Made by a program: the position numbers and the translations under genes. Below the pieces are notes generated by a model, which did no database searches, was not told the DNA's origin, and was given only the letters and a program-made list of their open reading frames with translations. Positions 16,914 to 27,086 of a stretch of 64,000 nucleotides of DNA are shown here, one piece after another. This DNA comes from Acidobacteriota bacterium (GTDB lineage Bacteria; Acidobacteriota; UBA890; WLXD01). The stretch covers positions 60,791-124,790 of the forward strand of contig CAXWPH010000001.1 in NCBI GenBank assembly GCA_963666055.2, given 5' to 3'. Every line of letters starts with the position of its first letter. The stretch's first letter is position 1.

Positions 16914-19757
16914 ATGCGCTCTGAGGTTGTGGCCGTTGTCGCCGTTCTCGCTTCATCAACGTTGCTGCTGGGCGCTGGCTCTTCAGCCCTCGCTGCCCCG
17001 CAAGACACGCCGCCGGCGGCCGTCAAGAAGATCCTGCGCACCGACGACTATCAGCGTTGGCGACGTATTACAGAGCCGGCAATCTCGGATGATGGCGCCT
17101 GGGTAACGTATGGGTATAGCAAGCCGAACGCCTTCAACCCCGAGGTGGTGCTGCATATAAGGTCGCTGCGCGACGACACCGAGTTCGAGCTGCTCGATGC
17201 CTCGGAGGCGCGGTTCTCCGATGACTCTCGGTGGGTCGCCTACTTCGTCGACCTGACCTTCGACGAGGCGCAGAAGCTCCGCCGTGAGGAGGCGCCGCGG
17301 CCGCGCACGGTGCAGCTGCTCAACCTCGCGTCCGGCGAGCGCTTTACCTGGGCCAACGCGGCGGCGTTCCAGTTCGCCGCCGGCGCCGACTTTCTCGCCG
17401 TCAAGAAGGCACGAGCCGACCGTGACGCGGATCATGAGGGCTCCGACCTAGTTCTCCGAGACCTGGAGAGCGGAACCGAACAGCTCATCGGCAGCGTCAA
17501 TGAGTTCGCCTTCGACCAGCAGCTCACCGGTGACGCTGAGCAGCTGCCGCCCGATCGCGCCGCCCGTTGGCTCGCGTATACCGTCGATGCGGCAGATCAG
17601 ACCGGCAACGGTATCTATCTGATCGATCTCGACAGTCGGGCGCTACGGCCACTCGACAACGACGCCCGTACATATTCGAGACTCGCCTGGAGTACGGACG
17701 GGAGCGCCCTTGCCCTTCTCAAGGGCAGCAAGCCCGACGGCCAGGCCGAGCGCCTGAACATTCTCGTAACTGTTCGCCGCCTGGGCTCGTCAACGGGCGA
17801 CGCCGACACACCGATCACCACCCAGCTGGACCCCAGGTTCGACGATACGTTCCCCGATGGAATGGTCATCAGCGAACGGTCGCCGATCGCCTGGAGCGAA
17901 GACCTCAGCCGCGTCTTCTTCGGGCTCGACGAGCAACAGGCTGTAGTAGAGGAGCCAGAGGATCCGGATCGAGTTGCCAACGTCGACGTTTGGCATGTGC
18001 AGGACGAGCGTATCCAGTCGGTACAGATGATGCAGGCGGACCGCGATCGCAACTTCACATACCGCGCCGCCCTTGTCCTCGATGGCGAGCGTTTCGTGCG
18101 CCTCACCGACGAGACGATGCGCCGTATGACGCTCAGCCGTGATGGGAGGTGGGGCGTGGGTGTCGACGACAAACCCTACATTTCGGATTGGCAGGAGCCG
18201 CAAGCCGATTACTACCGCGTCGACACCAGCACCGGCGAGCGCACGCCGATGCTACAGGGGCAGAAGCTGACCCTCGGGCTCTCGCCCGACGGGCGACACT
18301 TCTTGTACTGGCGCGGCGCGCAGCTGTGGCTGTACGAGCTTGAATCCGGCGGCACCCGGAGCCTCACTGCAGACGCTCCGGTAAGCTTCGTCAACCGCGA
18401 GTACGACTACCCCGGGACTACCCCGTCCTACGGCATCGCCGGCTGGACGAAGGACGGGCTAGCGCTAGTCCTCAACCACCGCTACGACCTCTGGTTGCAG
18501 CCGCTCGACGGCAGCCCGGCGACAAACCTCACTGGCGGTCGGGGAGACTCTCGGGAACTCCGTTTTCGTTATGTCCAAACCGACGCCGGGGAGCCCACCA
18601 TCGACCTCAGCCACCCGATCCTGTTGTCGGCCTATGGCCAATGGACCAAGCAAGCCGGCTTCTACCGGCTCGCCAACGGCGAACTGGAAGAGCTCGTATT
18701 GGACGATCGACGCTTCGGTCGACCGCTCAAGGCGCGGGACGCCGACGTGTACCTGACAACCCGCGAGACCTTCGAGGAGTTCCCCGACATCTACGCCAGC
18801 GATGACGGCTTCACCAGCCTGCGGCGTATCACCGACGCCAACCCGTGGCAGGCGGAATACCGCTGGGGCCGGCGCATCCTCTTCGACTACACCAACGACG
18901 ACGGCGTGCGTCTTCAGGGCACGCTGGCCGTTCCCGACGACTACGCTGCAGGCGAGCGCCGCCCGATGCTGGTGAACTTCTACGAGAAGAACTCACAGAA
19001 CCTCCACCGGCATATCGCCCCGAGATATGTCACCGGATTCGGCTCACCGCTGATCGAAGCGGTGAGCAAAGGCTACTTGGTAATGCAGGCCGACATCCAC
19101 TTCCGTACCGGCAACACCCACGCCGACATGCTGGAGTGCGTCGAAGCCGCCACCCGCAAGGTAATCGAGATGGGTTATGCCGATCCCCGGAGCATCGGCT
19201 TGCATGGTCACAGTTTCAGCGGCCAAGGCTCCGCCTACATTGCCGGGAACTCGACGATGTTCGCCGCCGTGGCGGCAGGCGCCGCAGCAACCAACTTGCT
19301 GGCCGATTTCAACCATATGTGGGGATGGACCCCGACGAACATGATCGGCACGGGCGCGAACGCTCATCGCTACGACTACTACGGACAAGGCCGGCTGGGT
19401 ACCAACCCCTACGACGACAGAGAGCTGTACTGGCGAGAATCCGCCACCAATCACGTGCGCACGATGGACACGCCGTTGTTACTCATGCACGGCACCGCCG
19501 ACGGCGTCGTCGCGGTGATGGAGGCGGTGCAGCTGTACAACGGTCTGCGGTTCAACGACAAGAACATCATCCTTCTCGCCTATCCCGGCGAGGGACACGG
19601 CCTCAGCAACCTCGCAAACCGCCGCGACCTGACGATCCGAATGCAGGAGTTCTTCGATCACCACCTGATGGATTCCCCGCCGCCGGACTGGGTAATCAAG
19701 GGGGTGCCTTTCCTGGAGAAGCAGTACGGCGCCTGGGATCGCGGCTCGGTTCCGTAA
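16914..19757 (+). CDS. Secreted S9 (prolyl oligopeptidase family) peptidase
   Basis: Signal peptide, beta-propeller repeats, GHSFSG nucleophile, HGTADG, GEGHG. Confidence 0.88.
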   Translation: MRSEVVAVVAVLASSTLLLGAGSSALAAPQDTPPAAVKKILRTDDYQRWRRITEPAISDDGAWVTYGYSKPNAFNPEVVLHIRSLRDDTEFELLDASEARFSDDSRWVAYFVDLTFDEAQKLRREEAPRPRTVQLLNLASGERFTWANAAAFQFAAGADFLAVKKARADRDADHEGSDLVLRDLESGTEQLIGSVNEFAFDQQLTGDAEQLPPDRAARWLAYTVDAADQTGNGIYLIDLDSRALRPLDNDARTYSRLAWSTDGSALALLKGSKPDGQAERLNILVTVRRLGSSTGDADTPITTQLDPRFDDTFPDGMVISERSPIAWSEDLSRVFFGLDEQQAVVEEPEDPDRVANVDVWHVQDERIQSVQMMQADRDRNFTYRAALVLDGERFVRLTDETMRRMTLSRDGRWGVGVDDKPYISDWQEPQADYYRVDTSTGERTPMLQGQKLTLGLSPDGRHFLYWRGAQLWLYELESGGTRSLTADAPVSFVNREYDYPGTTPSYGIAGWTKDGLALVLNHRYDLWLQPLDGSPATNLTGGRGDSRELRFRYVQTDAGEPTIDLSHPILLSAYGQWTKQAGFYRLANGELEELVLDDRRFGRPLKARDADVYLTTRETFEEFPDIYASDDGFTSLRRITDANPWQAEYRWGRRILFDYTNDDGVRLQGTLAVPDDYAAGERRPMLVNFYEKNSQNLHRHIAPRYVTGFGSPLIEAVSKGYLVMQADIHFRTGNTHADMLECVEAATRKVIEMGYADPRSIGLHGHSFSGQGSAYIAGNSTMFAAVAAGAAATNLLADFNHMWGWTPTNMIGTGANAHRYDYYGQGRLGTNPYDDRELYWRESATNHVRTMDTPLLLMHGTADGVVAVMEAVQLYNGLRFNDKNIILLAYPGEGHGLSNLANRRDLTIRMQEFFDHHLMDSPPPDWVIKGVPFLEKQYGAWDRGSVP

Positions 19758-19836
19758 AAGGCGACATCGAGCAACGCGTTTTCGGCGGCGGGGGGAGGGT
19801 GGATCCGCCGTCGCTCCCCATCCCCAGTCGACCGAA

Positions 19837-20493
19837 TCACAGATCGTACTCGGGCTCGATCCACTCCTCCCGCGCAGCGGCGTTGCACCATTCGACAATA
19901 TGGGGATGCCGCCAGACCGACTGCGCGTATTGTTCGCAGACGTCATCCAACTCGACGGCATAGGTGCGAAAGCGACTCACTACGGGAGCGTAGGTCATGT
20001 CTGCCGCGGAGTAGGCACCGAACAAATACTCCCCCTCCTTCGCCTGTGTACGACAGCGGCGCCAAATCTGCGTAACCCGGGCGATGTCCTCGGCGACACC
20101 GGCCTCTCTGCCTACACCTGGGCTCGAGCGGCGACAGTTAAACGGCATCGCCGCCCGTAGGGCGGTGAACCCAGCGTGCATCTCAGCCACCACAGACCGG
20201 GCTCGCGCCCGATCGGCCTCGACGGCGGGCCAGATCCGAGCTTCTGGAAATCGCTCGGCGAGATACTCGGTGATCGCCAGCGAGTCCCAGATGATCAGGT
20301 CGCCGTGGCGCAGGGCCGGGACCTTTCGAGACGGTGAGTACTCCCCGATTCGGTCGCGCACGCCGTCGGCACCGAGATGAAACGCTACTTCGTCGAATTC
20401 ACATCCCGACTGACGCACCGCAAGCCAGCCGCGCATCGACCACGAGGAGTAGTTCTTGTTGCCGTGGTAGAGGACGTATGCGTCAGCGTTCAT
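19837..20493 (-). CDS. Glutathione S-transferase family protein
   Basis: NKNYSSWSMRGW, KVPAL, WDSLAITEYLAE, YSAADMTYAP. Confidence 0.88.
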   Translation of the reverse strand: MNADAYVLYHGNKNYSSWSMRGWLAVRQSGCEFDEVAFHLGADGVRDRIGEYSPSRKVPALRHGDLIIWDSLAITEYLAERFPEARIWPAVEADRARARSVVAEMHAGFTALRAAMPFNCRRSSPGVGREAGVAEDIARVTQIWRRCRTQAKEGEYLFGAYSAADMTYAPVVSRFRTYAVELDDVCEQYAQSVWRHPHIVEWCNAAAREEWIEPEYDL

Positions 20494-20565
20494 GCTTGCC
20501 GCTCCTTTCGGAGCCCCCCGACTCCAACACAGGCCATCGCTTGCCAAACAGGCGGGAACACCGTC

Positions 20566-22488
20566 TCAGTTGCCGTGAACAGCGTACAGATGCTGGTGAC
20601 CGCGAATATAGATACGACCGTTGGCGATGGCCGGCGAGGCGTAGATAACCTCATCGAGGTGATTCCTGGCGATCTCCTTGTACTCTCGTCCGGCCTCGAG
20701 GACGGCGACGGAGCCGTCGGCGCCGGCGATGTAGAGCTTGCCATCCCCTGCTACCGGCGAGGCCGTGTACTGCGCCCCCAAGCGCTGTCTCCAGAGGATC
20801 TCGCCGGTGGCCGGGTCGGCGCAAAACATCCGACCATTCTGAGTTACCCAGTAGATGAGGTCGCCGTAGATGATCGGCGACGACACGTCCGGAGTACCAC
20901 GACTGACCTTCCAACGAAACGGGCGGCGCTTGGAGGTCGCGGTCCGCTCCGCCTCATGACCGTCCTCATCGGTCAAGGCCACCGCGGCGATCACCGCCGG
21001 GCCGTAGAGCCCGCCGGACATGAAGGCGGTCTCGCCGTTTGCAACCACGCTCGGGACCGGCACGTGCAGCGGCGTCTCCACCGACCAGAGGTGTTCCCCG
21101 GAGTCGGCATCGTAAGCATGCATGTGATCGTTGACGCTTATCAGTACCGACACGCCACCCGATGTCGGCACCAGCAGAGGCGTTCCGAAGGCGTCGCGAC
21201 CACCAGCCATGCCGTCGACCCGCCAGCGTTCCTCGCCGGTCGCCAAGTCCAGTGAGACGAGATACGACAACGACTCGAATGACGTGTCGGTCGTGGCCTC
21301 CTCCATGCCGGCCTCGCGCGTCTCCGGCAGGAACATGAACAGCACGTTTTCTCCGTAAATCACCGGCGATATCGCCGCGCCGTGGCGCAGGTAGCGCATG
21401 AACAGCGGCTCCCGGCGCTCCCAGAGGATGTTGCCGTCGAAGTCCATGGTCACCAGCGTGGGGCCAAAGTTGACGACCACGTATCGACCGTCCGTTGCCG
21501 GCGTCGGCGAGGCATAGGAGTTGGTCGGGTATTTGCGCCCAGAGGGCGCGCCCACCCCCTGTGTCCAGATTTCTTCGCCGGTGTCCGCATCGAGCGCTGT
21601 GACGGCGCGCCAGAGCCCGACGCTGGGCTCCACGAAGTTGAAGAAGGCGAAGCTGAGCAGGCCGAGAACCGCCAACCCCCCCGCGGCCACGTAGACGATC
21701 GACGCCGACGCCCGCCGCGGTCGCCCGGCGAGGCGCACGATCATCCAAAAGACAACGAACCAGGCGACCGCGATAGCGGCGGACCTCAGTACGTTCATCT
21801 GCCACTCTGCGGGAACCGCCAAGTTCGCAAGCCCACGTGGCTGATTGAAGTGGAACGCGGCGGTAGCAGCGGCCAGCGATCCGGCAGCGACCAGGCGCAA
21901 CCAACTCCCCGCCCGCAGCGTCCCCACCGACGCTATCAACCCGAGGACGATGACCTCGGCACTCAGGATCCAGGTCAGGTGGGGACTCTCGACATTGAAG
22001 CCGGCGCTCTTCCACAGCAGCAAATCGGTCAGCTTCCACAGGAAGTACAGCCCCACCGAGAGGACTGCCAGCGTCTCGAGCCTGACCGCCTGACCCACCC
22101 AAAAAGGTGCCGACGATACGTCGTAATCACGGAGCCCGGGGCCGCGCCAGGCGCACATCAGCATGAGCACCAGAACCGCCAGGCCCAGCAGCCCGCTGAC
22201 CGCGATCAAGAGCGACTTGGTAAAAACCGTGTCGGTGCGCTCATAGGCAGTGGTAACGAGGACTCGATCACCAAACACTACCGGCGAGGAGTGCCCCGCG
22301 CCGGGAAGAGACTTCTTCCAAAGAACGCCCCGCTCGGTATCCCATTCGACCGGCAGGTTTATTTCGCGCGACACGCCGCTACCATCCCCTCGCCAGCCCG
22401 GCCAGTTGCCCTCCTGGGCGCTCACATCGGATGTCAGGGCGGCAATGACGAAGACGAGGGCCCCGATCGTGGTGGCTCGTGTACGCAT
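20566..22488 (-). CDS. PQQ-like beta-propeller protein with inserted multi-pass membrane domain
   Basis: Signal peptide, NWPGWRG, HSSPVV, repeated xDxxTGxxxW motifs; six hydrophobic helices at about aa 90-290. Confidence 0.8.
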   Translation of the reverse strand: MRTRATTIGALVFVIAALTSDVSAQEGNWPGWRGDGSGVSREINLPVEWDTERGVLWKKSLPGAGHSSPVVFGDRVLVTTAYERTDTVFTKSLLIAVSGLLGLAVLVLMLMCAWRGPGLRDYDVSSAPFWVGQAVRLETLAVLSVGLYFLWKLTDLLLWKSAGFNVESPHLTWILSAEVIVLGLIASVGTLRAGSWLRLVAAGSLAAATAAFHFNQPRGLANLAVPAEWQMNVLRSAAIAVAWFVVFWMIVRLAGRPRRASASIVYVAAGGLAVLGLLSFAFFNFVEPSVGLWRAVTALDADTGEEIWTQGVGAPSGRKYPTNSYASPTPATDGRYVVVNFGPTLVTMDFDGNILWERREPLFMRYLRHGAAISPVIYGENVLFMFLPETREAGMEEATTDTSFESLSYLVSLDLATGEERWRVDGMAGGRDAFGTPLLVPTSGGVSVLISVNDHMHAYDADSGEHLWSVETPLHVPVPSVVANGETAFMSGGLYGPAVIAAVALTDEDGHEAERTATSKRRPFRWKVSRGTPDVSSPIIYGDLIYWVTQNGRMFCADPATGEILWRQRLGAQYTASPVAGDGKLYIAGADGSVAVLEAGREYKEIARNHLDEVIYASPAIANGRIYIRGHQHLYAVHGN

Positions 22489-22661
22489 GGGTTGGGCTCC
22501 TGCGGCTCGCGCTCCTGTCTGCCGGAGCAGGACGTTTCCCCCTACCCCCGCATCCGCGAAGTATAGGACGGCCCTGCGAGCCTCGTCAGCGAAACGTGGC
22601 CGAGCTCTCGCCGAGCAGGTCCGTTGCCGCCCGGACTGTCACGGCGCCCGATCGAAGCCTC

Positions 22662-22690
22662 TTGACCACGGTCTTCGGCGCATTTACGCT
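22662..22690 (+). promoter_or_regulatory. Putative sigma70 promoter of parA-like gene
   Basis: TTGACC-N17-TACGCT. Confidence 0.4.
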
Positions 22691-22722
22691 CCCACGGCGT
22701 TCATTGTTCACCTTGGGAATCG

Positions 22723-23577
22723 ATGCGAACAATCGCTGTTAGCAACATCAAGGGCGGCGTCGGCAAGACGACGACGGCGTTCAATCTCGCCGCCGTGCTG
22801 GCCGAGCTCGGGTCATACCGTGCTGCTCATCGATGCCGACTCTCAGGGGAGCCTCACGGAATACCTCGATTTGCGCGCCCTCGGAGCGCACCACACCCTC
22901 GCCGACGTGCTCCGCGGCCAGGCAACGATCGGTACAGCCGCCGTCCGCACACGGATTCCCGGAATTTGGGGCGTCGCCGCGGCGCCGCTGCTCGATGAGA
23001 TCAATCGGCGCAACTTGGCGGGCGAGCGCGCGTGCTGCTGGCTCGCCTCCCGGAGACCTGCGACTACGCCATCATCGATTGCCCACCCAGCAATGGGGTG
23101 GTGCTGCTCAACGCTTACGTGGCGGCGCAGCACATCCTCTGCCCCATACAGGCTCGTGGCATGAACTTCCAAGGCGTCGAACGCGTGCTGGCGTTGGTAG
23201 GAGAGTTGCGCGATCTGGGCGCAAATCCGAGTCTCGACCTGCTCGGCATTTTCGCGAATGCGTTCGACTCTCGCACTCGTATCGCCCGTCAGGTCCTCGA
23301 AAAAATGAGAGCAAACTACGGTGACCTGGTCCTCGACACGGTGGTGAACGATTGCGTACAGATCTCGGAGTCGACCGACGCGCGCGCGCCGATCACGCGA
23401 TATGCGCCGGCCACCCGGGCGGCGGCTGAGTTCCGGTCGCTGACCAGAGAGATCATCCGCCGGGCAGCCTCCCGCAGGGGATACTTCGGATTGCCTCAGC
23501 ACCATGAGGAGAGCCGGCGCCTCACACTGATCGACGGCCACTCAACACAGGCCCGACACCAGTCTGCCGGCCTCTGA
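22723..23577 (+). pseudogene. parA: ParA/Soj-family ATPase split by two frameshifts (pseudogene or sequencing error)
   Basis: KGGVGKTT in one frame, [13 protein letters not shown] in a second, IIDCPP and the C-terminus back in the first; shifts near 22810 and 23028. Confidence 0.8.
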
Positions 23578-23581
23578 GCCG

Positions 23582-24277
23582 TTGCACCTGCGTGACTGGC
23601 CACTTTGGGCCTGGGCGCTCCTGACCATCGTCGTCTACCCGCTAGGCTACGAGCTCACCGTTGGCGCCTACACGTTCTCGACCGCCGTTGCGCTGCTGGC
23701 AGGCTGCGTGCTCGGTACCTCGGGTGTGGTTCGCTCGCAGGGCATGGCGCTAGTGGCTCTCATGGCGCTGAGCCTCATGGGCGTCGTCGGAGAAGTCGCC
23801 GACTGGGGCTACATGGCAGGCCGTGTAGCGGCAGGCGCAGCAGCGAGCCATTTGGTCACTGACACCGCTCAGCTGGGCCGCCGATCCATCCGATGGATCC
23901 TGCTGATCATGGCTCTGGTGACCGCGGCCACGGCGTACGCCTGGCAGGAGCCGTGGATTGGTCAGCAGCTCAAGCCCTATTTCAACGCCGTTCTGGTCCT
24001 GGCCCTGGTAATTGCGTTCTTCTACACCCTGCGGCTCGTGGCGCGGCCGGCTCGAGTTCTGGCGCTCACCGCCAGCCTCGCGCCCTACTATGCGGCGGGC
24101 CTCGCATGGGCCGCTCTGAGTCAGCGCTATTTGCAGTCCGCCGGCGCGGTCATGGCTCCGGGGGATCTACTGTTTCACGGCTATGTGACCCATGTGCCAG
24201 GCGACGTGCTGATGACCGTCGCGGTCGCGTTCCTTACCGGACCCAAGCACGGTGAGCGCGCCGCCCCGTTGCGTTGA
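23582..24277 (+). CDS. Integral membrane protein, BioY-like S-component
   Basis: AVALLAGCVLG, WGYMAG, YYAAGLAW and VPGDVL resemble BioY motifs; multiple TM segments. Confidence 0.55.
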   Translation: MHLRDWPLWAWALLTIVVYPLGYELTVGAYTFSTAVALLAGCVLGTSGVVRSQGMALVALMALSLMGVVGEVADWGYMAGRVAAGAAASHLVTDTAQLGRRSIRWILLIMALVTAATAYAWQEPWIGQQLKPYFNAVLVLALVIAFFYTLRLVARPARVLALTASLAPYYAAGLAWAALSQRYLQSAGAVMAPGDLLFHGYVTHVPGDVLMTVAVAFLTGPKHGERAAPLR

Positions 24278-24303
24278 CCGTTTTCGCGTGCCGCTGCTAT
24301 AGT
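24274..24303 (+). promoter_or_regulatory. Putative sigma70 promoter for tRNA-Val/thrS
   Basis: TTGACC-N18-TATAGT with TGn extended -10. Confidence 0.55.
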
Positions 24304-24367
24304 TCCAACCTTGCCGCGGCTCTCGTGCACACCTGCTAGCAGGCCGAGAGCCGCGTTGTTTTAGCGC

Positions 24368-24440
24368 AGGCGCGTAGCTCAGTTGGGAGAGCGCTTCCCT
24401 GACGCGGAAGAGGTCGTCGGTTCGAGCCCGGCCGCGCCTA
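24368..24440 (+). tRNA. tRNA-Val(GAC), CCA not encoded
   Basis: Cloverleaf: AGGCGCG/CGCGCCT acceptor stem, GCTC/GAGC D arm, CTTCC-CTGACGC-GGAAG anticodon arm, GTTCGAGC T loop, discriminator A. Confidence 0.96.
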
Positions 24441-24487
24441 TTCATCCTTCCACCAGTCGTGGTGAAGGGACCCGTGCGAATGCATCG

Positions 24488-26443
24488 ATGAGTCAGCTCC
24501 AGATCAAGATCAGCGGCCAGACGCACGACGTCGACGACGGCGCACGCGTCGGCGAGTTCCTGGCGCAAGCTGCTCCCGACTGGCTCGCCACCGGAGTCGG
24601 TGTGCGCCTCGGCGAGCACGATCTCGATTTCCAGATGGCACTGGAGGAGTCGGGCGAGCTCGAGCTCATCAGCGCCGAGTCGAATCCGGCCGCCGCCCTG
24701 GAAATGGTTCGCCATACGGCATCTCACGTGATGGCGCAGTCTGTGCAGCAGTTGTTTGGTGATACGCAGGTGGGAATCGGCCCGCCGACCGCCACTGGTT
24801 TCTACTACGATTTCCTGCGCGAGCGACCGTTCACGCCGGAAGACCTGGAGAAGATCGAAGCGCGGATGCGGGAGCTGATTGCCGACGATCAGCCGATGCT
24901 GCGTCTCGAGATGCCAAAGGAAAAAGCACTGGAGCTGTTCGCGAGCAAAGACGAGTCGCTCAAATGCGAGCTTATCCGCGACAAGGGCGGCGACTCCGTC
25001 TCCTGTTATCAGCAGGGCGAGTTCATCGATTTCTGCACCGGGCCGCACCTGCCATCGACGGCACACATCCCTTTCGTCAAGGTACTGCACTCGGCAGCGG
25101 CCCACTGGCGCGGCCGCGACGACGCGCCGATGATGCAGCGTATCTACGCCACCGCGTTCTTCTCCGACGAGGCTCTTCAGGAGCATCTCGATCAACTCGA
25201 GGAGATTCGCAGACGGGACCATCGTCGCCTCGGAACCGACCTCGATCTCTACCACATCGACGAAACGGCGGGACCGGGCATGGTCTTCTGGCATCCGAAG
25301 GGTGCCTTGATCAGGTCCCTGATCGAGGACTATCTGCGTGCGGAGCACCTACGACGTGGCTATGACCTCGTGTACACGCCGCACATCGCTCGCCGGAAGC
25401 TATGGGAGAAGTCCGGGCACTGGGATTACTATCGGGACAACATGTACTCGCTCAACATCGACGAGCAGGAATACGTCCTCAGACCGATGAACTGCCCAGG
25501 CCACATCCTCGTGTACCAGACCCGCGGTCGCTCGTACCGTGAGCTACCAGTGCGCTTGGCGGAGTTCGGCACCGTCTACCGCTACGAGCGCTCTGGCGTC
25601 CTACACGGGATGCTGCGGGTCCGCGGGTTCACCCAGGACGATGCGCATCTGTTCTGCACACCCGAACAGATCGACGAGGAGATCCTGGGCACTTTGCAAT
25701 TCATGCGCGACCTCTTGGCAACGTTCGGTTTCGACGAGTACAGCGTCGAGCTCTCGGTTCGGGACCCCGAAAATACTGCTAAGTATGCAGGCTCCGACGC
25801 CGACTGGGAGCGCGCCGAGACGGCGCTCAGCCGGGCGCTCGATGCGGAGGGGTTCGACTACACGCGGGTGGAAGGCGGGGCGGTCTTCTATGGACCCAAG
25901 ATTGACATCCAGGTCACCGACGCGATCGGCCGCAAATGGCAATGCTCCACCGTACAGTTCGACTTCACCCTTCCCGAACGCTTCGACATCGCCTTCATTG
26001 GGAGCGACTCCCACGAACACCGTGTGATCATGATCCACCGAGCGCTGCTGGGGTCGTTCGAGCGTTTCTTCGGTATGTTGGTGGAGCACTACGCGGGCGC
26101 CTTCCCACTCTGGCTAGCGCCGACACAGGCGACCGTGATTCCCATCGCAGACCGGCACGGCGACTACGCTCGGCAGATCGCCGATGAAGCGCGAGCGCGC
26201 GGCCTTCGTGTTTCTGTCGACCAGCGCTCCGAAAAGATGGGCGCCAAGATCCGCGAGGCTCAGATGCAAAAGACCCCGTTCATGTTGGTGGTCGGCGACC
26301 GCGAGGTCGAGGCCGGCCAGGTGGCCGTTCGTCACCGCGCCGCAGGCAATCTCGGCGCGATGCCGGTGTCGGAGTTCATCGAGCGAACCGTGGCCGACGT
26401 CGAGGTCCGTGCCCTTCAGGAGTGGCCTGTCGAGGCGGACTGA
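24488..26443 (+). CDS. thrS: Threonine--tRNA ligase
   Basis: RHTASH, DFCTGPH, RDHRRLG, RPMNCPGH, FYGPKID, IHRALLGS; start moved to ATG after the tRNA. Confidence 0.97.
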   Translation: MSQLQIKISGQTHDVDDGARVGEFLAQAAPDWLATGVGVRLGEHDLDFQMALEESGELELISAESNPAAALEMVRHTASHVMAQSVQQLFGDTQVGIGPPTATGFYYDFLRERPFTPEDLEKIEARMRELIADDQPMLRLEMPKEKALELFASKDESLKCELIRDKGGDSVSCYQQGEFIDFCTGPHLPSTAHIPFVKVLHSAAAHWRGRDDAPMMQRIYATAFFSDEALQEHLDQLEEIRRRDHRRLGTDLDLYHIDETAGPGMVFWHPKGALIRSLIEDYLRAEHLRRGYDLVYTPHIARRKLWEKSGHWDYYRDNMYSLNIDEQEYVLRPMNCPGHILVYQTRGRSYRELPVRLAEFGTVYRYERSGVLHGMLRVRGFTQDDAHLFCTPEQIDEEILGTLQFMRDLLATFGFDEYSVELSVRDPENTAKYAGSDADWERAETALSRALDAEGFDYTRVEGGAVFYGPKIDIQVTDAIGRKWQCSTVQFDFTLPERFDIAFIGSDSHEHRVIMIHRALLGSFERFFGMLVEHYAGAFPLWLAPTQATVIPIADRHGDYARQIADEARARGLRVSVDQRSEKMGAKIREAQMQKTPFMLVVGDREVEAGQVAVRHRAAGNLGAMPVSEFIERTVADVEVRALQEWPVEAD

Positions 26444-26512
26444 GGCATCCTGTAGTATCCGCCGCCCGAGTTCGGCGGGTGATACGCGCCAACCATTCGA
26501 GGAAACCAACCA

Positions 26513-27022
26513 ATTAGCAACAAGCGCCATCGTATAAACGAAAGCATTCGCGTCCCGCAGGTTCGTCTGATCGACGGAGACGGTAACCAGGCCGGCATCG
26601 TCGCCACCGAGGAGGCCATGGATCTGGCTCGCCAGGCAAGTCTGGATCTGGTCGAGGTCGCGCCCACGGCGCAGCCGCCCGTATGCCGGCTTATGGACTA
26701 CGGCAAGTACGTCTACCGTCTGGCGAAAGATCGCAAGCAAAAGGCACATCAGCCACAGCTCAAAGAAGTAAAATTCCGGCCCAAGATCGACGAGCACGAC
26801 TACGCCTTCAAGCTCAACCACATCAAGCGATTTCTCGGCGAAGGTCACATGATCAAGGCGACGATCATGTTTCGCGGCCGCGAAATGGTACATCCAGAGC
26901 TCGGACGGCGCATTCTGGAACGCGTCCAAGAGGACCTCGACGAGGGCAGCTTCAGGGTCGAGAGTCGCCCCAGCATGCTGGGACGGCAGATGATCATGAT
27001 CCTGACACCGAAACGCGACTGA
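26513..27022 (+). CDS. infC: Translation initiation factor IF-3 (ATT start)
   Basis: GAGGA RBS then in-frame ATT-AGC-AAC...[14 protein letters not shown]; [25 protein letters not shown]. Confidence 0.93.
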   Translation: MSNKRHRINESIRVPQVRLIDGDGNQAGIVATEEAMDLARQASLDLVEVAPTAQPPVCRLMDYGKYVYRLAKDRKQKAHQPQLKEVKFRPKIDEHDYAFKLNHIKRFLGEGHMIKATIMFRGREMVHPELGRRILERVQEDLDEGSFRVESRPSMLGRQMIMILTPKRD

Positions 27023-27086
27023 GGCTCCTGCAAACACCTGGGCGCGAGGAACGTCCGCGGGTATTCCGTGGTCAACGAGGAACGAC

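Noticed and set aside
22661-22671. CTTGACCACGG shared with 41281-41291
   Set aside because: Both look like ordinary -35 regions; an 11-bp match is too weak to call a regulon
24368-24440. tRNA-Val as an integration site for the left-hand accessory region
   Set aside because: No integrase or duplicated tRNA 3' end seen, and the accessory genes lie on the 5' side of the tRNA
24383-24487. N-terminal extension of thrS in the ORF track
   Set aside because: It overlaps tRNA-Val; ATG at 24488 is the plausible start
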